Shown one piece after another: positions 46,690 through 58,200 of a stretch of DNA of 64,000 nucleotides. The DNA is taken from positions 1-64,000 of the forward strand of contig NW_024704767.1 of assembly GCF_018977255.1 (NCBI RefSeq). Direction: 5' to 3'. This stretch comes from Callorhinchus milii (taxonomy: Eukaryota). Within the stretch, counting starts at the first letter, position 1. Every line of letters begins with the position of its first letter. The notes under the pieces were generated by a model. That model searched no databases, was not told the DNA's origin, and was given only the letters and a program-made list of their open reading frames with translations. The position numbers and the translations under genes are program-made.

Positions 46690-47020
46690 ACAACAGCCCT
46701 CGCCTTTTGACGCAGCGCCTTATTCGGGTGGTCGAGGCGTCCCAAAACGCTCCCCGCGATCACACGGGTCGGGTTTCGTCCGCTCGCGCGGGTTGTGGGT
46801 CGAAAGGCGGCAGCCGATTGCCCACAGCGAGGTCCGTCCGTCCCTCCCTCCCGCCCGCCCGCGCACGGTCGCGGATCGAGTGACCAAATGATTGACTTAT
46901 TAACCCCGCACAGCGGTGCGCCAGTCGATCATCGCCCGCACCACCGGGTTCCTACTTACTGCTGGGTACGCAGAGGCGTGTGGAGTGAGGAAACTTGCCC
47001 AGGGTTTCTCCCCGCCTGGA
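46690..47020 (-). mobile_element. GC-shifted Deu-domain SINE copy
   Basis: Family blocks still recognisable (GGCAGCCGATTGCCCACAGC, GAGTGACCAAA, CCTACTTACTGC, GGAAACTTGCCCAGGG) with many A/T to G/C changes. Confidence 0.75.
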
Positions 47021-47499
47021 AAATCTTTATATATATATATATATATAAAGGTATATATCAGCAATCATCCTACAATCACAGAATTCTTCATTCACTTCAC
47101 GGCTGTTTTCACGCTGTTACTGCGCTCAAATCAGCTGCTGCGTTCGCCCACGAAACACACAGTCACTACACATTGCAGTAAATCCTCCAAATTGCTTGAT
47201 CCTGTGACAAGGTGCTAATATCAAACACAAGGATGGTCCTTATCATAATTTTACAGCACGTGGGGGTCGTAAAGGGTTTTCAATTCATTACCTCTTGCGG
47301 CAATTGCACACGGCAGTGTCCCACAAACAGTCATGGATAAAGTGGCCAAATTTTTAAAAAGGGATTATTACCCCCGGAAAAGCGATCTGCCAATCGACTA
47401 ACAACCGGGTTCCTACTTACTGCTGGGTAAACAGAGGTGTCCCGGCCACGAATTGAACCCGGGTCCTCTCGCTTGCGAGGCGAGTGCTGTAATTTCTCT

Positions 47500-47677
47500 C
47501 ACTTGTTTTTAAGAATAGATAATTATTTGGGGAGTACAGGTTTGCAGGGTTATAGGGAGAGAGGGTGGGAGGGGGGGGAGTGAGATTGAATTGGATAGCT
47601 CTTTGCAAAGAGCCGGCACAGACATGGTGGGCCGAATGGCCTCCTTCTGTGCTGTATAATTCTATGATTCTATGATG
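47500..47677 (+). mobile_element. CR1 LINE 3' end with (ATTCTATG)n tail
   Basis: GAGCCGGCACAGACATGGTGGGCCGAATGGCCTCCTTCTGTGCTGTATAATTCTATGATTCTATGAT. Confidence 0.8.
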
Positions 47678-48359
47678 AATCAATAAGCTGCAGGTCTCAA
47701 CATTTGGACTAATTGGGGTGGTGGGTGGGGGGGGGGGGGGGGAGGGACTCTGTTTAAGGACCACAAAACCAAAAGATCAATGGAAATGGAGGGAGAGGAT
47801 ATGTCCTTTATATTGCACCCTGCAGTGCTTGTTGCAATCCCCCCTGTAGGCTCTGAGTATCCGCACACACCTTGTCCTCCTGTGCTGTAGGTGCTGTACA
47901 TACCGTCTTACTTCCTGAGCGATTGACAATAACGTTGGCCCAGGCCCAGGCGGTTGCCTGTGGTAACAGGAGACGCTTTTCTTCTGTGTTGCAGGTCCTG
48001 CCGGGTCTCAAAAGCGGCTGCAGTTCGTTCCCATTGATTGGAAAGGAAAATATAAAGGGAGATGTCAGGAATGCTGTCAGTGAGTAGTGCTCAAGTGCTG
48101 CTTATTTCTCTTGCAGGCAACAGTACTAGTGCACAGTGAGCGCTAGGCATTTGCTGTTGGATGGAAAACGTAGCCCGTTGATATTGGGGGGAGTGCGTAT
48201 GTGTTTATAAAACGAGGTTAAATGCATCAATTACAAATGGCTCAGTGAACTCAAAAGTAAAATCATTTTTTTCTTATTTTTAAAATAAAAAAATGCTTTC
48301 TGGTGTTTCACACAGGGAGGATTCAGCCTTTATCCCAAACAATGAAGAACAAAGCTAGG

Positions 48360-48650
48360 TAATAATACTGTAATAATAATCCTTGCATTTGATATAGCGC
48401 CTTATCACATTGTTGAGACGTCTCAAAGAGCTTCACAGAATATACTGCAAAGTGGATTGACTGTATATTTTGTGGGCAAAAACGCGGCAGCCAATTGTGC
48501 ACATCAGTGTCCCACAAACAGTCGTGGATTGAGTGACCAAATTATTATTTTTTTTTAAGCAATTATTATCCCAGGAAAGAGATGCCCCAATCAACTAACA
48601 ATGCGGTTCCCTATTTACCTGCGAGGTAAACAGAGGCGTGTGGAGTAAGC
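48360..48650 (-). mobile_element. Deu-domain SINE (long subfamily, headless)
   Basis: Tail, Deu core and GTAAACAGAGGCGTGTGGAGTAAG block. Confidence 0.82.
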
Positions 48651-49240
48651 AAAATTGTGCTGCGTGAGTGCTGCATTGTCAGAGGTATCCTGTTTCAAAA
48701 GAGCCATTAAACCGAGTTTCTCATCTGCCTGATCTGTCCAGCATTAAAGATCCTATTTCAAAAGGGAAGAGAGTTTCTCCTGGCAACATGGCATACACGT
48801 CCACCAGATGAATTACTTCATGGTTGTTTGTGTGAACCTGCTGGCACAAACGGTTGTGTGTTTACCTACAAAAAACAGTGAGTCCACCTGACAATAATTA
48901 CCCTTGAAGCTTTGAGTTATTTCTTAACATAGTATTTCTTAAATTGAAGGTACTTACCGGAATTGTCTGAGTTTATCACATTCTCTCCTCCCAATTCCAA
49001 GAAAGGACTTCTTCATGTGCAGAGATTCACAAAGTAGATTAAATCGAGCGAGTTACACACTATCCAGAGGATGGGAATGTACAGGGAAACTTCATTTGCG
49101 ACACATTGTGCATTGTGCAAATTCTGAACGAAAGAACAACAACAACTTGCAATATAGCGCCCTTCACATGGAGCAGCATCTCAGAGCGCTTAATATGGTG
49201 AGACACATCTCAAGCCTGCAGAGAAGTTTCCTTAGGAGAT

Positions 49241-52200
49241 ATGGCCAAACCCTGTTCAGCTATTTCAGAGCTCAGGATGAACAGCACTGCCAGAAAGTCT
49301 GGCCCTAACCACATCGCTGGCAGTTATCAAGCAGGGACTGATAGGAGATCATCCATGCTCACAGACAGTGGGGTCGTCTCAGATTCTTCTGAGGACAAAA
49401 TCCGGCCACGTTGGTCCACGTTGAAGGAGACAGAGAAAGGGGAGAATGCTGACAGCACAGGGGAGGGGATAACACACAGCGGCAAAGAGAGCCAAGGCAA
49501 TGTCTCCATTGATCGAAGGATAAATGAAGAACAATGTGCGGAGGGAAAAAGCCCTATAGTGAGGCCGTGCGTACAGTCCAGTCTATTTAGACCAAGACTT
49601 CTGATACTTTCCTGCGGAGTTAAGCATTGGGCTGATATAACAGCTGCAGCATGGCCACATGTAACTGTGGTGAGTTACACACACGAGTCTACCACATTGG
49701 ATTCTATTCTAGCACAAGTCGGTGAGGCTTTAAATGGAAAGAAAGTCAGATCCATTGCCTTTGTGCCTCATAGTCAACAAGATGCGCTTCATATCTGTGG
49801 TGCTGGAGAGACCCAGACACTTACACCGCGTTCTGTTCTTGAACACAAAGCTTTACGTAGTTTCTTTCACAACATTGTCACCAGCTACTTGGATGTGAAT
49901 GATTCAGAAGCAATTCTAGACTTCCTGGGCTGCACTTCCTTACTCTCTGGGGATCTGGAGACCATCCGAAGAGAACTGGAGTCCGTGACAAGTATGTTTT
50001 GGATATTCTGATTGCAATGATATTTGTTACGATCATCATGTATGTATAATGTGTTTTGTATATATGCAATATCTTTAGAGACATAAATATAGAGCAGCGT
50101 TTATGGTATAGATAATATATAATAATTATAATAATCTTTGCATTTGATATAGCGCTTTATCACATCTTCGAGATGTCTCAAGATGCTTCAAATATATATA
50201 ATATATATATATTTCAATTAAGCATCTTTGCCTCCTTCAGACTTCTTGTCTTCCTACAGGCTTTCACAAACCCAGACTTGCCATTACCTAACCACTGCTC
50301 GACTTGTTTCACTTCTGTCCTACTCTTTCCAACTTTAATGCTGTTTAGTAACAGTGCCTTTTCCCTTCATTTAGGTTTCTCCATTTAAAATAAATTAGTC
50401 ATTCACTTCATGGTTGTTTGTGGGACATTGCTGTGCACATATTGACTGCCACATTCACCTGCGAAACATGATAAGGCATGATGCGAAATGCAGGATTATT
50501 ATTATTAATCATAATGTCATTTCTATTCTCAATATTCAGATAGTCTGCCTGTTTTAGGCAATTACCTGAATGTTGAGAATATAATTGGCTTTACTATTAA
50601 TATTATATCTTCTAGGATAAAACGTTGTTGGTGTTTAGAAATGTGTATAATCCAAATAATTACATTGGAGAGTCTCTTAATCATTTACTTGGATTATCAA
50701 AACTTGGGACAATAATTAACTGGAACATTCTGTAATGACAGGCAATAACTAACTAGTTTTTAGCAAAGAAGCTCAGAGAAAGAACTTTCATTAACACAGA
50801 GCTCATTGCAATGTTGTAATTGTGGCATTTCTGTTCAACATTGCATTTAGTGCAGTGTTAATGAAAGAACATTATAGCATGGAAACAGGCAATTCAGCCC
50901 AACTAGTCCATGACCATTTCCCTCTTAATCCCCTCTCCTCCACCCCTCTCACCTCGTTTCCCTCACACAGTCACAACATTTTCTCTTAAACACATTGATT
51001 ATTTCTGCTTCAATGAGAGCTTCTGGCAATGAGTTCCTCATTCTCACCAGTCTCTTTAGAAATAAGTTCTTCCTAAACTCCCTTTTAGATCTGCTACTTT
51101 CTTACTTTACCATTCTGATCAGTTCCCAACAAGTGTTTGTTTTTTTTAGTGGATATTCTCTCTACTTTAGTTCTATCTCTGTTTTAGCAGTCTGTGCGGA
51201 TGCTTGATAAACATATTCTGAAAACCCAATGGGATAATTAATCAGGATTTAATGAACTTTTCCCCCACTACAATTGTCTCACAATGCAATGCTCTGTCTT
51301 GATCACTTACAAACATAATTCCCCACTGATTTCAGTCCAGATGAAATATCTGGAGAGCCAAACATAATAATCAATTCATACAGAATGGTCACATTCAGGA
51401 ACCTCTGTTTGACCATTAGCTTAACAGCCTACAGATACCTTCTGTTTCAAGAATACCAAAAACGCTTCCCATATTGGTTAGAATTAATGACTGATCTGAG
51501 CTAATGATTATTTTACTCCACTGTAAACTCTTAACACCCTTTGAGCTATTTGTCCTCGACTTTCACAGGGTGTGTTGGTCCATGTTTATGTTTGAACCAA
51601 AGCCATTCAGCTCAGCACATAATAGACAGAAGGGTGGGAGGAATTCACTGTGCGCATTTGATAGCAGGGAGTCATCAACATGCAACTGAACAAATACAGT
51701 AAGACACTTAATGTTTGAGATCATTAATAATCAAAATACATGACTGTCAGATTACTGTATGTTTAGTTCCCAACAGTCAGACTGGACTCTGCATTAGTTC
51801 ATGTGTACAAGGGCATGAATTGTGGGAAAAATGATAGTAAGGGAGGGGAAAAAGCACAGATTAGTATAAGTGATCCAGTCACTGAACACTACTGTACTCA
51901 TTGAATGTTATTCCCATTGTTGGAGTTACATGGAGGGTCTCCGTCAATTGGTTTTGAACGTGTGCAGAAGCACCATTTTACGGTGAAACTGGATAATGGA
52001 ATCAGCTGAAGGTAACATAACTGGGTTTACCCCATAATGTTCTGGAAGTGGATCTTCAAAATGCCCTGTGGTTAAGGTCAGGGCTGCACTCCAGCACACA
52101 CATCCACCACCACAAAAATCCAGTGTCTTTAATAGCAAATAGGAGGTTTGTGCAGAGCTTAGTATATGAAGAGTAGCCATGCAGTTTGTCCAGGATAGCA

Positions 52201-55200
52201 TATAGTGTTTGTTGTGTATGTGTGTGTATTGGGGGTTGGGTGGGTGGGGGAGAGAGAGGGCGCGAATGCAGGAGTTTATGATGTCTGTAGTAGGATGGGT
52301 GGTTGTATATGTAATGAGTGACCAGATATTTGATTAGACTTCTACTGAAAGATAACTAAGGTGTGTCTTCCTCTCCACAGGTGTCCCGGTGTCCATGGCG
52401 AGAGACGTATTGGGGAGCGAGCTACAGGCAGCTCCGGATCAGGATGGGACAAAGCTCCACATATTGGACCTTTACTGTGACAAACTGAAGCAGCCCCACT
52501 CTCAAACCCTGGCAGAGTTTGAGAAGATACACACAGTGGGAAAAGGTGAGGTGGGAATGAGAAGCGACATTGAGGCACTATATCAAATGCAAGGATTATT
52601 ATTATTATTATATTATTACCAAATGCTTGTGCGCAGTTCATTCAAATACGTGTTTAGTGAATTGTGTAAAGAGTAGTGTTTCTGTTGCCTGAGAGCAGGT
52701 GTCTGATATCGCCTGTGTCCTTGATGTGTCAGGGGCCTACGGGACGGCTGTTTTGTATCGGAAGAAGGACGATGATTCACTGGTTATACTGAAAGAGATC
52801 AACATGCACGAGTTGAACCACATTGAGAGACAGAGGGCAATGAACGAGGTTAGCGTTTAGCTCCAATAGATTGAAACTAACCTGGTCATGTCATTACACT
52901 GCTGGCGTGCCAGTGGGTGATGCCAAGTGATAGAAGGAGATGCTGCATTTGGTGTGATTTCTATCTGGATTTGACTGTGTTATACAGCATTAGGGTGATT
53001 TTAATCCATTATAAAGTCTGTTAACCTTTTACATTCAGCTTTTGGCTTTCCTGTTGTTGCCTATTATCTCTTGCAAAATGCTGCCCTTTCATTCTTGGAA
53101 GGAAAATAAATAAGATGCATTTAGCTTCATACGTTTGCAAACACTCACCAATTTAACTGTGATTAAAATCCCATGTCGACTTCAACCACCTCCAGGGACC
53201 ATATCACCTATTATATATAGTGGTGCCCAATATCATTCCCTTGATCTCTGAGCATGTACTCCCTACCCTGATGCTGCAGTTCAGTGTGAGCGAATGTGCA
53301 GAGGCCTTAAGGTCCTGTTGTGAGTGACTGTGTGAGTGAGCCAGCCTCTGACCTACATGTTTGTTCTGGCTGCTGCTGTAGGTGAAGGTGCTTTCCATGT
53401 TAGACCATCCCAATATTATCAGCTACTACGACAGCTTCGAGGAGGAAGGCTTGCTGATGATTGAAATGGAATATGCTGACGGAGGAACCCTGGCACAGTA
53501 CCTGGCACAGCAGGTAATAATATGATATAAGAAGGTATTTACCAAGCGGCATGTTTAGAGGGGAGAGCTCCGACAGACATTTGCCAAATATAGTTTTTCA
53601 CAGTCAATCCACTTCACGGGATATCCTGTGAAGTGCTTTGAGATGCCTTGATGATGTAATAAGACTATATCAAATGCAAGAATTATTATTATGATTAAGC
53701 AAGAGTACTACCAACTGAGCCAGGCTGACCCCTGAAATGGGTGTTTCAAGACATACTTGAAAAGAGTTAAATGTGGTAAAACATGCGTTTCCGCACTGTT
53801 GTGTGAGAGCCTGATTGATGTCTGTGTGTGACAGGACGGGGAGTTGGAGGAACGGGATATACTCAATCTCTTTCACCAGATGGTGGCCGCCATCTCCTAC
53901 TTGCACGAACACAATGTGTTGCATCGAGACCTGAAAACAGCAAACATCTTCCTCACCAAAGACAGCGAGGTGAAGCTCGGCGATTTCGGGGTGGCTAAGG
54001 TGATGTCAACAGGAAGCGAGGCACACACTATTTTAGGTAAGGGTGTTGCTTGCCTCTGAGAAATGGGTTGAGGACGAGTTGGATGGGGCACAGTGGAAGC
54101 AGATTAGATGCTACATTCTAGGTATCAGAGGTTGGTGTAGGGTAGATACAGGTAGGATCGAGGCACCAAGTCAGATATAAAAGGAATAGACAGGTAGAGC
54201 TATGAATACAGTGTACATATAGGTTGGATTATGGTAAACAGTGTGGTTTTAGCTCGTTAATCTCTAACACTAACCCCAGTGCACACTCTGGAGTATCCAA
54301 ATCTTGGTTCTTGCCTCCCTGCACCTAAATTCTTCAGAATTGGGTAAGCAGGGAGCATCCCTTTGAGGAGAGAGTAATGCAATCCAAACCAGATAAACCA
54401 CACACATGTGGAACTCCCAATAGTTTGGTTTAGAGACAGGGAGGGAAAGGAAGGTTCGCTGAGGATACAGGTGGGTTGTAGTTATGGTGGTCCATGTGCA
54501 GTGTGAATTACACAGATGATGAATGTCTCTCCATGTTATTGAGGAGGATTAATCAGGTGGAGACTTTGTACCTGACAGGTACTCCCTATTACATCTCACC
54601 GGAGATCTGTGAAGGAAAGTGCTACAATGAGAAATCAGACATCTGGTCACTTGGCTGCATTCTTTACGAGATGGCCTGTCGTCGACGCACGTTCGAAGGT
54701 AAAGGGCCACAAAAATATCGACTCATTGTAACTTAAGAAAGTGCTTGAGGTAAAATAGAGAGGGGAGTTTCTTTCGGTGTCCTGGACAACAATCCCCCGG
54801 TAAAATTGGTCATTCAATTTATGGCTGTTTGTGGACCTTGCTGTGCACAGTTTAGCTACCACATTCTCCTACAACATACAGTCACTCCACTTTACAGTAA
54901 GTTCTGTGAAGCGCTTTGAGACATCCTCCCAACGTGAAAGGCGCTGTATCAAATGTCAGGATTATTATTATGACAAATGAGGTAGACATGAAAAAGACTG
55001 GAGTAAAGTAAAAATGTTATAATGTGTGTTGAATATAATGTCAGAGCTCCCCCCAGTGCCCCAGTGGATAAAACTCACCACAAAATGAAGCATTGTGTCA
55101 AGCATATGAAGGCTTTCGGTTAAAATTCTGATTGCAAGATCACAATAGAGGTGCAGGTAATAAGGGCCCTTTCACCCATTTGATCTCTTTCTCCCAATTG

Positions 55201-58200
55201 CTGTGCGCAATTGGCTGCCGCGTTTCTCCCACAAAATATACAGTCAACTCACTTTTCAGTGTATTCCGTAAAGCCCTCTGAGACATCTCAACGACATGAT
55301 AAGGCGGTATATCAAACGCAGGATACTTTCTTCTTCTCACAGGCACTAACCTGCCAGCGGTCGTGAACAAAATCATGAAGGGGCAATTTGCTCCGATCAC
55401 TGACAGGTACAGCCCTGAGTTGAAAGCGCTTGTGACGGACATGCTGCAGAAGGAACCTCAGTAAGTAGTAAACTCTTCCACCTCCTTGGGACATCCTCCT
55501 GACTTGAAAGGCGCTGTACAAATGTAACTTGTTGCAGATGGTCAGGAAGGAAAAGATGTTCCCACAAACCGGGTAACTCACCAGCTTTAAATTTCTCACC
55601 TGTTCTGTGACCCGGGTTAGGTACCGTCCTGCTGCTCACGAGCTGCTGTACGTTCGCATCCCCGAAGCCTTGGTGAAATACAAAGAAACTCCAGACGAGG
55701 AGGCAGGAGCTGGGATCAGTGACCCTCAACCTCACCCGAATCACAAGCGAAACAGGCGCTCGGCTCTTTATCACCTTCACGTGCCTGACCTGGAACTTTG
55801 CCCGATTGAGGGGTTCCCCACAAAGATCAGAATCACACAGGTAGGTGCGATCCAAACATTGTTTTCAGAGTTTATAAAAACAGCAAAATAATTTGGCCCG
55901 TTGGGACTGGTTTGTGGGACACCGCTGTGTGCACAGATTCGCTGCTGCGTTCACCTACAAAATAAAGTGATTGCACTTTACAAAAAAATCTGTGAAGCAC
56001 TTTGAGATGTCCTGATGTGACACTTGCTTGTATTTTGATATACTGAGGGGCTATATCAAGTGCACGGAATATTATTGTTTTCTTTTGTTGATAATGACTC
56101 TCTTTTTTAATCTTAAAGATATCCTGAACTGTGACTCTCCGAAAGGTTGGTTGGTTTCTTGCTATTCCTCAGCTCTGCACCATCAGAGGTCATGACAACC
56201 CTTAACTTGATCTTCCATGTGGTTTTTTTGCTGGTGGTGCAGATGTGTTCGTTCGCTCCTTTCACCACTAGAGGGTGGGTTGATTCCCTTTGACACCAAA
56301 CACAATACCAATGCGTTCAGTCAGTCATGAGCCCCTTTCACCACGAGAGAGAGCGCTGTCTCCATTTAAATCCATTCACTGCCACTGTATTCAGTCAGAT
56401 CAGTGATGGGCACAATCTGTGCTTTATACAGGAGACTGAGAGCTGCATACATGCCACCTACATATGGAAAAAGCCTTCACACAGCCTCCTGACCCTAAGG
56501 AGAGAACTGCAAGATCCCTGAACTAAGACTATGGGCTAAATTCCCAAATAGACCTGACAATTCGGATCTAAGAAAGACCAACGTGAGCGGATAAACTTGC
56601 TTCTGGATCAAGATTTTTTTTTGGTCAGCTGGGTGTCTGGTACATGCGGAAACCCATCACCGTGCTTAAGAGTATCCGAACCAAACTGAGAATTACTTGC
56701 ATCCCACCTGCAAGTGGAAATCCCGGAGAGAGATTGTTGGAATGGAATGTGCGTTCTCTCTCTCTCCCTGGAGGGCCACATACTGCTTACCTGATTTCGG
56801 AAAGCATTAGGCGCAGGTTGACAAAAGCCAAGGTTTTGGGATCTCAGAGTGTGCATTGGGGTAACTGCTGGAGGACAAGATGAAGATACAGGGGAGAAGG
56901 TGCCACTTGAGAAACACAGTCAATAAGCAGAATATGTGCATCTGAGAAATGTCTCTCTGGATCTACCCTCATGTGAAAGTGTCTCAGGATTAACACTGAA
57001 ATGTGCACAACAAGAGGAGGAACATTCCAGAACAGTGCAAGGGACTCCCTCCCTCCCTCGCAACCCGAAGCAGCAAAAACAAACCAACGCGCTTGATGCA
57101 AAACTCAAGATATTTCCCTGATAAGAATGCAGCAACATCAATGAGCATCACAACAAAAGGGAAAACCTCCGAAGAGAGAGATGGATCAAAGAATTTTCCA
57201 GGAAAATAGTATTACAAAGCAAAACTCCGACAATGAAGGAAGGGTGTGAAGATTAATGATGCAACCCCTGGCCAAGGCAAACAATCTACAGAGAGAAAAC
57301 CTCCTGCTCGCTTGTCAATCGAGGGATTAGCTCCCAGCTGGAGACGTGCAGTTACACAATAGGATGCATGAGCGAGGTTCTCTCTCTCTCTCCTTCTCTC
57401 TCTCATCCCCAACCCGCACATCCCGGCATTTATAATTTCTCCATATTAGATTGTGGATTGAGTGACACAATTATTGATATATATATATTTTTTGAAGGGA
57501 TTATTACTCCCAGAAAGTGATCCGCCCATCAACTAACTGAGGCGACCGTTTTAAAGCACAGCCTCACCACCAAGTGGACATGACCTGTTCATCATTGTCA
57601 CTGGCTAAATCCACCACATTGCCAATGCTCCTAAACCATTAGCTCACAGAAGATACTGACCACCTCAATCACTCAGGAGCTGCAAGGACTTGTACTGACC
57701 AGCCTTAGCCTAACTGAAGCAAGAGAGAGAGAGTAAGAGGCAGCTGGGCTTCAGCTAAGTGAGGTCTGAGAGTGAGCGACAAGTTTCATACTCAACTCTG
57801 ACTGACTGAATAAAAGGATTGTAAGTGCGAGAGAGAGAGGGGTATATCCCTAGGGCTCTAACATAACTTTCTGGTTGGATGCAGAGACCTCTGTTATTGA
57901 GCTGCTGATCTGGCCTCAGGGTCAAGATATTTTTTATTAAGACACTATGAAAATGCATTGTCATATTGGAGCCTGGATTATTTTATTGTCACTGGCCTTT
58001 TACCCTCACCCATCACGATGTTGGGGACAAAGGATTTTACTCTGGGAAATGCAGCCGGGAGTGGGGCAAGGGTTAAATACATTAGTTCCAGTTTTGCCTG
58101 TTCTGCAAAGATCAGGTCCTCAAAACCTAAGAGAACAGTAAAGATGGTGTCCGTACTGTGATCTATCACCCTTAATGATTTATCGCTGAGATTGAACAGG

